A stretch of 64,000 nt of DNA from an uncultured delta proteobacterium (lineage in GTDB: Bacteria > Desulfobacterota > Desulfomonilia > UBA1062), in contig CAVVYZ010000009.1 of the NCBI GenBank assembly GCA_963752595.1, positions 160,001-224,000 on the forward strand, written 5' to 3'. Under the pieces are notes generated by a model that ran no database searches, had not been told where the DNA came from, and saw only the letters and a list, made by a program, of their open reading frames with translations. This document shows, one piece after another, positions 1-10,546 of this stretch (position 1 is the first letter of the stretch; the number at the start of each line of letters is the position of its first letter). Position numbers and translations under genes: made by a program.

Positions 1-29
1 CCTGAGGTACACGGCATAAGGCTTACGAC

Positions 30-1265
30 ATGAACCGCATCAACTGCCTCAGCATCAATTACCGTAATGCCCCTGTCGCGATAAGGGAAAAGATGCAACT
101 CTCTCCTCGCAACCTCCTCGACCTCATGCAGAAGGATACGGAGATCTATGCACTCTCGACATGCAACCGGACCGAGCTCTATTGGACGGATATCGAGGAA
201 CAGGTACTCCTCCGGCGCATGAGCGCCCTTTCCGGCATAGAAGAGGAAACGCTGAAAGGAGTTACTGAAATGCTCCGGGGCAAAGAGGCCTTACTGCATC
301 TTTTCAAGGTTTCTTCCGGGCTCGATTCCCTGGTCATCGGAGAGACGCAGATCCTGGGCCAGGTCAAAGAGGCATACCGCGAGGCCCTCGAAGCGAAAAC
401 AACCTCGATTTTCCTCAACAAGGCCCTTCACCGCGCCTTCCGCACTGCCAAACGGGTGCGCACCGAGACGGATATCGGCAAGTATCCGGTCTCTGTTGCA
501 TCGGAAGCAGTGGAGCTTGCCTGCCATATCTTCGGCGACATCCTGGACAGCACGGTCCTGGTCATCGGTGCAGGCGACATGGCAAGCATTGCAGCACAGC
601 GTCTCAAGGAACGGGGCGCCAGGAACCTGCTCATCATGAACAGGACCCACAGCACCGCATGCCGGCTGGCTCAGGAACTGGAAGGTACCCCCAGGCCGTT
701 CGAAGCACTCCAGGAGGAGCTTGGCCGCTGCGATATCGTGATCACCTCCACAGGCTCTCCCGTTCCGATCATCAGCAAGCCCATGATGGACGTGGTCATG
801 AAGCAGCGTCGCAACAGCCCGCTCATCATCATCGACATCGCGGTACCGAGAGATGTGGACCCCGCGGTAGGGAAATGCTATAATTGTTATCTTTATGACA
901 TCGATGCGCTCAAAACCATTGTGGACAGGCACCTTACCAACCGTCAACAGCAGGCGGACAAGGCACTCTCGATCATCGCCGCCGAGGTCGAGCTTTTCGA
1001 AAAATGGGTCCACTCACTCAATGCACAGGACACGATCAGAGACCTGTTCAGCCTCATGGATGCGTACGTCGATGATGAGATCCGGCAAAGCGGCCTCGAG
1101 AGTGAGGACGCAGCCATGCTGGAACAGAAACTGCGGACATCCCTGAAGCGGCTTGTCCACCGGGTGGTGAGCTTCCTGAAGGAGCACCCGTCACTCGCCA
1201 ATATAGAACATACACGGAGGATTTTCCAGCTCGATGCGAATTATCAGGATCGGCACAAGGGGTAG
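30..1265 (+). CDS. hemA: glutamyl-tRNA reductase
   Basis: STCNRTE catalytic motif, SGLDSLVIGETQILGQVK, GAGDM NADPH-binding, DIAVPRD. Confidence 0.97.
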   Translation: MNRINCLSINYRNAPVAIREKMQLSPRNLLDLMQKDTEIYALSTCNRTELYWTDIEEQVLLRRMSALSGIEEETLKGVTEMLRGKEALLHLFKVSSGLDSLVIGETQILGQVKEAYREALEAKTTSIFLNKALHRAFRTAKRVRTETDIGKYPVSVASEAVELACHIFGDILDSTVLVIGAGDMASIAAQRLKERGARNLLIMNRTHSTACRLAQELEGTPRPFEALQEELGRCDIVITSTGSPVPIISKPMMDVVMKQRRNSPLIIIDIAVPRDVDPAVGKCYNCYLYDIDALKTIVDRHLTNRQQQADKALSIIAAEVELFEKWVHSLNAQDTIRDLFSLMDAYVDDEIRQSGLESEDAAMLEQKLRTSLKRLVHRVVSFLKEHPSLANIEHTRRIFQLDANYQDRHKG

Positions 1266-2127
1266 CAGGCTCGCTCTCCGTCAGACTGAAATGGTTCGGG
1301 AGGCCTTATCGCTCGTTGCCCCTGAAATCAAGACGGACGTATGCGTCGTGAAGACGACCGGAGACATCCTCTCGGAAGCGCCGCTCGATGCTATCGGCGG
1401 CAAGGGGGTCTTCGTCAAGGAGATCGAGCGGGTCCTTATCGCTGAAGAGATAGACTGCGCCGTGCACAGCCTCAAGGACATGCAGGCCGTGCTGCCCGAA
1501 GGGCTTAGCGTCAGCGCATACCTGAAACGGGAAGATCCCAGGGACATGCTCTTTTCGAAAAACGGCTTTACCCTGAAAACGCTGCCTTCGGGTTCGAGGG
1601 TCGGCACTTCGAGCATGCGCAGGCGATGCCAGCTCAAAATCCTGCGGCCGGACCTGGAAATAACGGACATACGGGGGAATGTACCGACCCGCCTCGGAAA
1701 GATCGGCCACGGCGTCGATGCAGTGATCCTTGCAGCTGCCGGGGTAAAAAGGCTCGGCCTTGCAGAGGGAACGGCCCTCGATATCGAAGACATGCTTCCT
1801 TCTCCCGGCCAGGGCATCATCGCCATAGAGAGCAGGGGTTCTGATGCCCGGCTCAATACCATATTGAAGAAGCTTGACCACATCCCCACGCGGGTGTGCG
1901 CCGAGACCGAGCGTTCGTTCCTTGCCGCCCTGGGCCAGGACTGCAGCCTTCCGGCAGGGGCTCATGCGACGTTCCACGACGACCTCATATTCATCACCGG
2001 CATACTCGGCTACCCCGATGAATCATCGATTGAAAAGATGCATATGGAAGGAGTCGATGCCTCCGTCGGATCCCGCCTGGGACTCGGCTTGAAAGCCAGG
2101 GTTCATCCGGAAGAAGGTCTCTCATGA
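1234..2127 (+). CDS. hemC: hydroxymethylbilane synthase (porphobilinogen deaminase)
   Basis: IGTRGSRLALRQ, GGKGVFVKEIE, AVHSLKD, GTSSMRR, IRGNVPTRL. Confidence 0.97.
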   Translation: MRIIRIGTRGSRLALRQTEMVREALSLVAPEIKTDVCVVKTTGDILSEAPLDAIGGKGVFVKEIERVLIAEEIDCAVHSLKDMQAVLPEGLSVSAYLKREDPRDMLFSKNGFTLKTLPSGSRVGTSSMRRRCQLKILRPDLEITDIRGNVPTRLGKIGHGVDAVILAAAGVKRLGLAEGTALDIEDMLPSPGQGIIAIESRGSDARLNTILKKLDHIPTRVCAETERSFLAALGQDCSLPAGAHATFHDDLIFITGILGYPDESSIEKMHMEGVDASVGSRLGLGLKARVHPEEGLS

Positions 2128-3605
2128 AGGTATACCTCATCGGCACAGGACCGGGCGACCCGGGGCTCATCACGCTCAAAGGATCGCGGATCATCCCCCT
2201 ATGCGATGCAGTCGTCTATGACGATCTCATTCCGCCGGAGATCCTGAGCCTGGCAAAGCCCGGGGCGCAAAAGATATATGTGGGCAAGAGGGCCGGGCGG
2301 GACTACATGAAGCAGCCTCAGATCAATGATCTCCTGCTCAGCCTTGCCGGGCAGGGTCTTACCATAGCACGCCTCAAGGGCGGAGATCCGTGCATCTTCG
2401 GACGGGGCGGGGAAGAGGCCCTTTTCTTACATGAAAACAACATCCCCTTCGAGATCATCCCCGGGATCACCTCGGCCATAGCCGGGCCGATCAGCGCGGG
2501 CATCCCGCCGACCCACCGTGGGATAGCGTCTTCGGTCAAATTCATCACGGCACACGAAGACCCGGACAAGAGCTCCGGCTTTCTCGACTGGTCTCTGCTG
2601 GCCAGAGACAGCGGGACTCTGGTGTTTCTCATGGGTGCTTCGCGGATCGGTCGGATCGCGGATAAGCTCATGGGTGAAGGGATGAGGCCGGACATGCCCT
2701 GCGCCCTTATACAGAATGCCACCACACCCATGCAGCGCCATATTGTCTCAACCCTCGCGGATGTGGGGGCCGAAGCGGAAAAATACGGAATCGGCTCTCC
2801 CTGCATCGTCGTGGTGGGAGCAGTCGCCGCCTTGAGCAAGGATCTCTACGTGGAGGCTGTGAAGCCCCTGCAGGGAAAATCCGTGCTGATAACCAGGCCT
2901 TCCCACCTGGCGATCGAGAGCGCTCCTTTGTTTACGGAAAACGGGGCAAAGGTCGTGCTCTATCCTTTGATAGAAATATCCCCGCTCCCATTCGATCTGC
3001 CGGATGTTGCAGCCTTTGACCTCTTCATCTTCACCTCCCAGAATGCAGTGCCTTTGTTTCTGGATAAACTTTTTGCAGCAGATCTTGATGTCCGGGCATT
3101 CTCGGGCAAGGAGATCTACTGCATCGGCCCCAAGACAAGGGAGGCTCTGCGCAGCTACGGAATCATCGCGGACGGCATGGCAGAAGAATACCGTGCCGAA
3201 GGGATCATAGAGATGCTGCGCGGAAAGGATCTCTCAGAAAAAAAGGTATGCCTGCCCAGGGCCAAAGGCGCGAGGACGTACCTGGTGGACGCCCTGAAGG
3301 AAAAAGGGGCGGTGGTAGAGGAAATCTTTGTCTACGAAACCACGCTCCCAAAGGATGCAAACAGGCAGGATTTCCTCGCTGCCCTTGCAGAAGCGGATAC
3401 CGCCGTCTTCACCAGCCCGTCGGGGTTCAGGCATGCCCTGATGCTCCTGGAAGACGACCCGGGACCCCTGAAGGATAAAAAACTCGTTGCCATCGGCCCG
3501 GTGACCGCCTCGGCAATGGAAAAGGCAGGCTTTCCTGCCCACATTACGGCCGCGGAATACACCGATGCCGGGATTATCGAAGCAATGAAAGGAGATCCGT
3601 CATGA
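2124..3605 (+). CDS. cobA-hemD: fused uroporphyrinogen-III C-methyltransferase / uroporphyrinogen-III synthase
   Basis: N-term GTGPGDPGLITLKG and RLKGGDP.IFGRGGEE; C-term HemD domain (IFTSQNAV, IGPKT, FTSPS, AIGPVT). Confidence 0.95.
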   Translation: MKVYLIGTGPGDPGLITLKGSRIIPLCDAVVYDDLIPPEILSLAKPGAQKIYVGKRAGRDYMKQPQINDLLLSLAGQGLTIARLKGGDPCIFGRGGEEALFLHENNIPFEIIPGITSAIAGPISAGIPPTHRGIASSVKFITAHEDPDKSSGFLDWSLLARDSGTLVFLMGASRIGRIADKLMGEGMRPDMPCALIQNATTPMQRHIVSTLADVGAEAEKYGIGSPCIVVVGAVAALSKDLYVEAVKPLQGKSVLITRPSHLAIESAPLFTENGAKVVLYPLIEISPLPFDLPDVAAFDLFIFTSQNAVPLFLDKLFAADLDVRAFSGKEIYCIGPKTREALRSYGIIADGMAEEYRAEGIIEMLRGKDLSEKKVCLPRAKGARTYLVDALKEKGAVVEEIFVYETTLPKDANRQDFLAALAEADTAVFTSPSGFRHALMLLEDDPGPLKDKKLVAIGPVTASAMEKAGFPAHITAAEYTDAGIIEAMKGDPS

Positions 3606-4780
3606 TCGGCATCTCGAAACTCTACTGCGGAACCGTGGAGGCTTCCGACCCGCTGAGGTACGGCAGGCTCTCCAAGGATCTTCCCTCCCACCTCCTCCAA
3701 TTCTCGTCCGACAAGAAGCCGGTCGTGGTCTGGAATGCAACGTCTGCCTGCAACCTCAAGTGCGTGCACTGCTATGCATCGGCAGGAAAACTGCAGTCGC
3801 GTAATGAGCTCTCCACAAGGCAGGGGCTTGAGCTCATCGAAGACCTCAAAGATTACGGTTCCCCTGTCATCCTCTTCTCAGGCGGCGAGCCGCTGCTGAG
3901 GAAGGACCTTCCCGATCTGATCAAGAAGGCGGTCAAGTCAAAGATGCGCGCCGTGATCTCCACGAACGGGACTCTCATCACCCAGGATCTCGCCATGGAA
4001 CTCTCGGACTACGGCCTTTCCTATATCGGGGTGAGTCTGGACGGCATGGAAGAGGTCAACGACATCTTCCGGGGCGTTTCGGGGGCTTTCAATGATGCCA
4101 TGAAGGGCATCTATCACGCTATGCACCAGGGTATCAAGGTAGGGCTTCGCTTCACCATGAACAAGCGGAACATGGGAGAGATCCCGAAGATCCTCGACCT
4201 CATGAAGTCCGAAGGGATTCCCCGCATCTGTTTTTATCACCTGGTATACACGGGCAGGGCAAAAGAGCTCATGGAAGAAGACCTTACCCATGAGCAGACC
4301 AGGCAGACCCTTGACCTCATCATGGACAGGACAAAAGAGATGATCGCTGCAGGCCGGAACGTAGAGGTGCTCACCGTGGACAACCATGCGGACGGCCCCT
4401 ATGTATACCTGCGCCTGAAGTCCCAGGGCGATCCCCGCGCCGGAGAAGTGCTCGAACTTCTCAAGATGAACGGCGGCAACTCTTCGGGACTGGGCATCGG
4501 CTGCATAAACTGGGACGGCGAGGTATATCCCGATCAGTTCTGGCGCCACAAGGTACTCGGCAGCGTGAAGGACCGCCGCTTTTCAGAAATCTGGGAAGAC
4601 ACATCCAATGAGCTGCTCATGAAGCTCAAGAACAAGAAAGACTACGTAACCGGAAGATGCCGGAGATGCAGGTGGCTTACGGTGTGCGGAGGCAATTTCC
4701 GCGCCCGCGCCGAGGCTGCCACCGGCGATCCGTGGGGAGTTGACCCTGCCTGTTACTTAAGCGACGAAGAGATCTCATAA
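3602..4780 (+). CDS. ahbC: radical SAM 12,18-didecarboxysiroheme deacetylase (alternative haem biosynthesis)
   Basis: MIGISKLYCG..LRY..LPSHLLQFS.DKKPVVVWN N-terminus, CNLKCVHC, SPASM cysteines, hem operon context. Confidence 0.9.
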   Translation: MIGISKLYCGTVEASDPLRYGRLSKDLPSHLLQFSSDKKPVVVWNATSACNLKCVHCYASAGKLQSRNELSTRQGLELIEDLKDYGSPVILFSGGEPLLRKDLPDLIKKAVKSKMRAVISTNGTLITQDLAMELSDYGLSYIGVSLDGMEEVNDIFRGVSGAFNDAMKGIYHAMHQGIKVGLRFTMNKRNMGEIPKILDLMKSEGIPRICFYHLVYTGRAKELMEEDLTHEQTRQTLDLIMDRTKEMIAAGRNVEVLTVDNHADGPYVYLRLKSQGDPRAGEVLELLKMNGGNSSGLGIGCINWDGEVYPDQFWRHKVLGSVKDRRFSEIWEDTSNELLMKLKNKKDYVTGRCRRCRWLTVCGGNFRARAEAATGDPWGVDPACYLSDEEIS

Positions 4781-4865
4781 GGGGAAAATAAATTGTCCCT
4801 TAAGCGAGCCGCGAGGTATTAACTCTTTAGATTAACACGCTCTTCCCTTATGATCTTTCCGGGGA

Positions 4866-5279
4866 TCAGCTCCCGGGTTTTTCCATCCTGCTGAATATCG
4901 GGTCAGCCGCGAGGAGTACCGTACGGTCGAGGCCTGCTTCACGGTCCTGATTGGCTTCCATGTATTCGGGAGAAGCAACCATGTCCAGAAACGCCTTCCG
5001 GGAAGGGTATTCCACGAGCATCACGTGATCGAAGGCGTCGTCTTCATATCCGATGAAGACCTGGTCAACGCTTCCCAGCCAGATCAGACGTCCGCCTGCC
5101 TTCTTCAGTAGAGTGCCGAGGGCATTCGCATACCGTTCATAGGATTGCTTGCCCGTTTCGCCTTCTTCTTTGCCTTTCGGGTTGAATTTCAAGAGGTTGA
5201 CCATGACGAAAGTACCTTGCTTTTCACTCCTTTTCAGTTCCCTGAATTGATCCCCGGTCGGATTATTTGTTTTCATCAC
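4866..5279 (-). CDS. DUF1330-family protein
   Basis: MVNLLKF, GGRLIW.G, LVEYPSRKAFLDM...Y.....R.AGL pattern. Confidence 0.75.
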   Translation of the reverse strand: MMKTNNPTGDQFRELKRSEKQGTFVMVNLLKFNPKGKEEGETGKQSYERYANALGTLLKKAGGRLIWLGSVDQVFIGYEDDAFDHVMLVEYPSRKAFLDMVASPEYMEANQDREAGLDRTVLLAADPIFSRMEKPGS

Positions 5280-5315
5280 GCGTTCCCTCCCCTGCCCGAT
5301 GATATCACGTGCAGT

Positions 5316-6444
5316 TTATATCGTCTCCGGGCACATGATCAAAGCCTGTTCGACTTCCTTCCTGACCATGCCTGAAGACTGCGGATAAAAGCCTCTCAGG
5401 GCTTTTCCGGCCTTGCCGCCGCCGATCCTTCCCAGCGCCCATGCAGCCATGGAGCGCACCCGCTCGTCCTCACTGACCGAATACGCCTTCACAAGGTCCG
5501 GTGTATACCGTTCATCACGACTGTTTCCCATGGCCCTGGCAGCATTCATCTTCCATTTCCAGAGCATGTCCGGTCCCATGTAGAACATATGCGGCCGGAC
5601 ATTTTTCTCAAAATATTCCCTGTCCATATTCAAGAGTATTGTTAGATCGAAGTGTTCCGCCTTTGCAGCCACGCGTACGATTTTCCTGCAACCCCTGGCC
5701 AAGCCAGGCAGCATTTCTCGGGCAGACGTTCTGGCAGCGGTCGCAGCCGTATACGTACATCCCCATTGGTTCCCGTAATTCAAGGGGCGTGATCTCTTTT
5801 CCAAAATAGGTAAGATACGAGATGCATCTGCGGGGGTCGATGGTACCGTTTCCCTTCAGTGCACGGGTCGGGCATGCAGCGATGCAGGCATTGCGGCACC
5901 AGTCAGGGCAGTCATATTCTGCCGTGGACTTGTCAGGGGTGAACTCCTGGTCCACGACGACCGCCATGGGTATGACCCATGAGCTTCCCCGGAATTTCCG
6001 CGAGTAGAAGAGGCAGTTCTTTCCAAGGGTTCCGAGCCCTGCCCGTGTGGCTGCAGCCCTGTGGGGAAGATCGAACGGCACCTTGGACTCTATCCCGTGC
6101 TCACGCAGGAATGTCCGGAAAGCCTTGATGCGCATGCTCATCCCGTCTTTGGTAACACGGTCGTCATCCAGGTAGCATCTTCCGAACGTACCCTCAAGGG
6201 ATCTGGGGAAGGATTCCCGGAAATAGGAGTCAATGAGAACGATGATGGACTTTGCCCCCGGGAGAAAGGTATGCGGGTCTGTTCCTGCCGGCAGATCCAG
6301 TCCTATTTTCTTTGTCCAGCCGTATTCTTCCTGCCGGGCCGTAAGAAATTCACGCTGGGAATCAAAAGCCTCAGCAGTGGTAAACCCGACATCCTCGAAT
6401 CCGAGCAAGACCGCCCGGTCTCTGATCTCTTCCTTTGTCAGCAT
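5316..6444 (-). CDS. queG: epoxyqueuosine reductase-like Fe-S protein with C-terminal HEAT repeats; split by one frameshift near 5680
   Basis: AGLGTLGKN, C..C..ACPT.AL, D.RRCISY, YGCDRCQNVCP.N in 5608..6444; continues in ORF 5316..5804 with NAARAMGN and VRSMAAWALGRIG. Confidence 0.8.
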
Positions 6445-6620
6445 ATACTGCCAAACCCCCTCTCATCTAAAATAGAACAATCGTTACATTGTCAGCCAAC
6501 TCTCCCTTGCTGTCAAGCAAGGTATTTGCTCCCATTAATCTCTTCTTCACCTATCCATCATCACAGGCCTGGTGTATTATTGAAATATGACTCATGATGA
6601 TGAACTGATCAGGGAATTGG

Positions 6621-7559
6621 ATGATCATGTCTAGGTGGATCAGACCCTTTTTATGCTTTATTTTTATTATCTTTTTCTCTGCACAAGCTGTGCATGCTCA
6701 GCAGCTGTCACGGATCGAGAGTCATGAGGTGACCGTCCTGTGCGAAAAGACTCTTGTTCCTGCAGCCAGGGAGGTCATCACCCTCTATTCCGCGCTCAAG
6801 GCAGAGCTTGAAGCGACCTTCCTCTGGGACATCGATTTCAAGCCAGTCGTCGTTCTCATAGGCCAAAGGGGGATCTTCCAGCAGATGTCGGGCCACCGTT
6901 CGTTTGTAGCCTATGCGATCCCGCAGAAAGAACTCATCGTTGTCGACTTCACCAGGATGAATGAGGACCCCTTTACCCTGGAAGTGACACTCAAGCATGA
7001 GCTTTGTCATCTGCTCCTTCACCGGCGCATGGAGAAAACAGACCTGCCCAAGTGGCTTGATGAAGGGGTTGCCCAGTGGATAAGCGAAGGGATCCCGGAA
7101 ATAATCACTACCGGGAGGCCATCCATGCTCACCCAGGCAGCTTTTACAGGCCGCCTGCCGGCCCTCGAAAGCCTCGCGTACTCTTTCCCCCGGGACGAGC
7201 AGGGTCTGGCTCTTGCGTATGAGCAGAGCAGATCCATAGTGGAGTTCATCATCGACAACTACGGCAAGAACGGCATTCTCAACATCCTTGAAACAATGAG
7301 GAAGGGCGCAGGTTACCGGGATGCCATTCTGCTGTCGCTGATGATTTCCTATCCTGAACTGGAGAAGAGATGGCAGGAAGACCAGCAAGGCATGATGGCT
7401 GTCCTGTCGTATTTTGCCGTCAATCTCTATACGATTATTTTTGTCATGGCGGCACTTCTCACCTTCTGGATTTATATCAGGTTGACCATCAGGAAAAGGC
7501 GCCTCCGTGAAGAACCGGAGGATGAAGATCACACCCCCCTTGGCCCCTTGCCCTCGTAA
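6621..7559 (+). CDS. peptidase MA-family zinc metallohydrolase with signal peptide and C-terminal TM helix
   Basis: HELCH (HExxH), PKWLDEGVAQW, LAYEQS. Confidence 0.8.
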   Translation: MIMSRWIRPFLCFIFIIFFSAQAVHAQQLSRIESHEVTVLCEKTLVPAAREVITLYSALKAELEATFLWDIDFKPVVVLIGQRGIFQQMSGHRSFVAYAIPQKELIVVDFTRMNEDPFTLEVTLKHELCHLLLHRRMEKTDLPKWLDEGVAQWISEGIPEIITTGRPSMLTQAAFTGRLPALESLAYSFPRDEQGLALAYEQSRSIVEFIIDNYGKNGILNILETMRKGAGYRDAILLSLMISYPELEKRWQEDQQGMMAVLSYFAVNLYTIIFVMAALLTFWIYIRLTIRKRRLREEPEDEDHTPLGPLPS

Positions 7560-7640
7560 TCGCCGCCCGCGATTCATTCCTCAATAGTATCGTTCAGTTT
7601 CACTTTTGACATTGAGGGAGATGGGGAAAATGGTTGATTT

Positions 7641-7680
7641 TAGTTTGTATATGAACTATTTAGTTTCCATATGAATTATT
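7641..7680. promoter_or_regulatory. two tandem palindromic boxes, candidate MarR operators
   Basis: TAGTT-N8-AACTA (7641-7658) and TAGTT-N8-AATTA (7661-7678), 20-bp period, directly upstream of the marR-like gene. Confidence 0.6.
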
Positions 7681-7695
7681 TATCAGGAGTTTTAT

Positions 7696-8133
7696 ATGAC
7701 GGATAAACGGCTTTTCTTTAAATATAACCGCTCCCAGCATTTGCTGTATACCAAGATGGAGCAGGGATGTATGGCAGAGCTCGGGATCACTCCGATCCAG
7801 CTCGGCGCAATATTTTATCTTCTCAAAAATGATGGCTGCCTTCAGAAAGACATTGCCCGGGGCCTTCACCTGAATAAACCTGCAATTACCGGCCTTATGG
7901 CCAGGATGGAACGGGCAGGACTCATCGAAAGAAAAGGATGCAGCAGGGATGGGAGGGCTTCCCGGACCTTTCTCACGGATAAGGCGAAAGATCTGGCAGC
8001 CAAGGCATTCCCCCTTCTGGAGAAACTCAATGGGGCCATAACGCAGGGATTTTCAGAAGAAGAGATAGATGTGATTCACCGGTTCTTTGATTCCGTGATC
8101 ATACAGTTTTCCAAGGAGGACATATATGAATAG
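7696..8133 (+). CDS. MarR-family transcriptional regulator
   Basis: wHTH pattern QKDIARGL...AITGLMARME..GLIER....DGRA....LT. Confidence 0.9.
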   Translation: MTDKRLFFKYNRSQHLLYTKMEQGCMAELGITPIQLGAIFYLLKNDGCLQKDIARGLHLNKPAITGLMARMERAGLIERKGCSRDGRASRTFLTDKAKDLAAKAFPLLEKLNGAITQGFSEEEIDVIHRFFDSVIIQFSKEDIYE

Positions 8134-8587
8134 CATGCACACCGCTTTCCAGAAGCTTGCACGCATTCCTTTCGGCAGGCATATTGCCTCCAAAGCGGTA
8201 AGCTTGAAGATCCCCTATTTCTCGACCATCCGACCTCTCATAACCGAGCTCAAGCCCGGAGAGTGCACCATTGTCATGAAAGACCGGAGGTCGGTGCGCA
8301 ATCACCTGGGCTCTGTCCATGCCATTGCCATGTGCAACCTGTGCGAACTCACCATGGGTATGGCGCTGCACCCCAGCATGCCGCCGAACATGCGGTGGAT
8401 ACCCAGAGGAATGAAGGTCCGCTACCTGAAAAAGGCCCATGGGACGCTTACGGGCAGGTGCACTCTGGATCCGGTCAGCATACTGCCCGGAGATATCGAG
8501 CTCCTCGTATCAGTCACGGACAGCAACGGTGATCTTGTCATGGATGCAGTTATTACCGTGCTCATCTCGGAACATAAGGCGGCTTGA
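8126..8587 (+). CDS. hotdog-fold thioesterase (DUF4442-like)
   Basis: PYFSTIRP, VRNHLGSVHAIAMCNLCE, WIPRGMKVRYLKKA. Confidence 0.8.
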   Translation: MNSMHTAFQKLARIPFGRHIASKAVSLKIPYFSTIRPLITELKPGECTIVMKDRRSVRNHLGSVHAIAMCNLCELTMGMALHPSMPPNMRWIPRGMKVRYLKKAHGTLTGRCTLDPVSILPGDIELLVSVTDSNGDLVMDAVITVLISEHKAA

Positions 8588-8621
8588 TGATTGCCGATGG
8601 TCTTCAGCCCGGATCTCCAGC

Positions 8622-9167
8622 TCATTCAGGGCACTGAACCATATCGCCGGGATGAAGAATCCACTCATCCGGGATGATTTCACCGATGAGCACACCATTG
8701 TCGAAAACCCGTACGATCCCGCTTTCCGAGACGACCACCGCAATGGCATCCGTGTGTTTTGTAATGGAAGCAGCCGCAACGTGCCTGCTCCCGAGGCCAA
8801 GAGGAACGCGGATGCCTTTGGAGGAGGCATCGATGTAACGACAGGCCGACTTCACGATGCCGGAATCGGAAACAATGAAGGCGCCGTCGAGTTGGGCAAG
8901 CTCCTTCACGGTCTCCCTGAGGTTGGAGTCATCAATATGTTTCAGGCGATCCGGATGGCATGCCAGAGGATCGAGAATCATGCTCTTGGAACGTCTCATG
9001 GTGTTTTCGGTATCGGAAACCACGAACATGGTTCCTATTCTTCGTCCTTCCCTTCCTTCCCTGGCTATTTCAAAGGCCAAGGTAATGATCTTTTCCAGGA
9101 CATCGAGATTCACCCCCCGGTCAGAGGTACACAGATCATGAATGGTTCGAACAATCCTTCTTTCCAT
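8622..9167 (-). CDS. stand-alone diadenylate cyclase (DAC/DisA_N domain)
   Basis: REGREGRRIGT, KELAQLDGAF (DGA motif), GLGSRHVAAA, VVSESG. Confidence 0.85.
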   Translation of the reverse strand: MERRIVRTIHDLCTSDRGVNLDVLEKIITLAFEIAREGREGRRIGTMFVVSDTENTMRRSKSMILDPLACHPDRLKHIDDSNLRETVKELAQLDGAFIVSDSGIVKSACRYIDASSKGIRVPLGLGSRHVAAASITKHTDAIAVVVSESGIVRVFDNGVLIGEIIPDEWILHPGDMVQCPE

Positions 9168-9356
9168 CGTCAAAGGCCCCTAAAAAACAGCGCGAATCGC
9201 TTTTTTTAGCGTCAGCCTCTTTCCAGTCACACCGGACTCTTTCTTTGTAATCTCATTATTCTCTCAGCCGGCACAAATCGCAGGCAAGAGTATCTATCTT
9301 CTTGCTCTCATGGAATATTAGAATAGAGGGGGTCGACTAAAACCCAAGCGTTTTTG

Positions 9357-10286
9357 TTATATCATGTGCAGAGGCCGCTTCCGCCTGGGCAGATCTATGT
9401 GCTCTCCGTCATGCGCAGCAATGACCTCAGGATGGAAGCGTGAAGCCTCCTCCACAAATTCATCCGAAGAGGTATACCGCTGGGAATAGTGGCTCAAAAC
9501 AAGCTGCCTCACCTTGCTGTCTCTGGCGATCATCCCTGCCTGGGCAGCAGTGAGGTGGCCGAATTCCTGAGCTTTTACTTTAAGATCATCCAGGAACGTA
9601 GCTTCTATGAGAAGCATATCGGCGCCCCAAGCAAGGTCTTTGACGGCATCGCACATCCTGGTGTCCATGACATAAGCAAACACCTGCCCGGGAAGAGCAC
9701 TCCCCACATCATCAACGGTTACTATCTGGGATTTCACTCGAACACGGCCGCTCTTTTTCAGCTCGCCTGCCATGGCTCCGAAGATACCCACTTTGCAGAG
9801 CATTTCAGGATCAAGGGTATATGAATCCTTTTCCTGGATGCGGAAGCCGAATGTCTCGATCTCATGATCGAGCCTGACCGAGGTGATTGTGAGGCGGTCA
9901 TTCTCGGAAATAATGCCTTCGTGCTGAATGGGGCACGCTCTTAAGCGCGCTTCGTTATGGTACGAACAGGCATCCCTCAAGTGTTCATAATACCGCTGTC
10001 CGGATGCCGGGTAGTACACCTCGATGGTCTGGGGTACGCGGTCAAGGGAGATGCGCTGGATGATACCGGCAAGACCGAGACAGTGATCTCCATGAAAATG
10101 GCTGATGAAGATCTTGGTGATCCCCGAGACAGCGACTCCGGCAAGGATCATCTGGCGCTGCGTCCCCTCCCCGGGGTCAAAGAGAAATCCTTCATTATCG
10201 AATCTGAGGAAATAGCCGTTCTGGTTCCTCTCACGCGCAGGTACCTGGCTTGCGGTACCCAGGACAATGAGCTTTCTCTCGGACAT
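9357..10286 (-). CDS. rnz: ribonuclease Z
   Basis: LGTASQVP, DPGEGTQRQ, SHFHGDH, EATF, HYSQRY. Confidence 0.93.
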   Translation of the reverse strand: MSERKLIVLGTASQVPARERNQNGYFLRFDNEGFLFDPGEGTQRQMILAGVAVSGITKIFISHFHGDHCLGLAGIIQRISLDRVPQTIEVYYPASGQRYYEHLRDACSYHNEARLRACPIQHEGIISENDRLTITSVRLDHEIETFGFRIQEKDSYTLDPEMLCKVGIFGAMAGELKKSGRVRVKSQIVTVDDVGSALPGQVFAYVMDTRMCDAVKDLAWGADMLLIEATFLDDLKVKAQEFGHLTAAQAGMIARDSKVRQLVLSHYSQRYTSSDEFVEEASRFHPEVIAAHDGEHIDLPRRKRPLHMI

Positions 10287-10546
10287 ATATGTAACCTTTT
10301 TTCCTTATTCTCTATCACCAGAGGCCTTACCTATGAAGATATCCTTTTACTTTGGGGAAATCTACCCTTCTCAACCCCTTGAAGCAATATTAGTTTTAAA
10401 ATAATTACTTTTCAGCAGCTGTTCGCAGGGAGATAATAAGAAGGCAAGGGTCGGGGCCTTTTTTACCAGACATACTACACATTATGTCAAAAATCGTTTC
10501 CTGATTTACTGTCTTTACCAGGGTCGCGGATTATTATCCGGTTATT

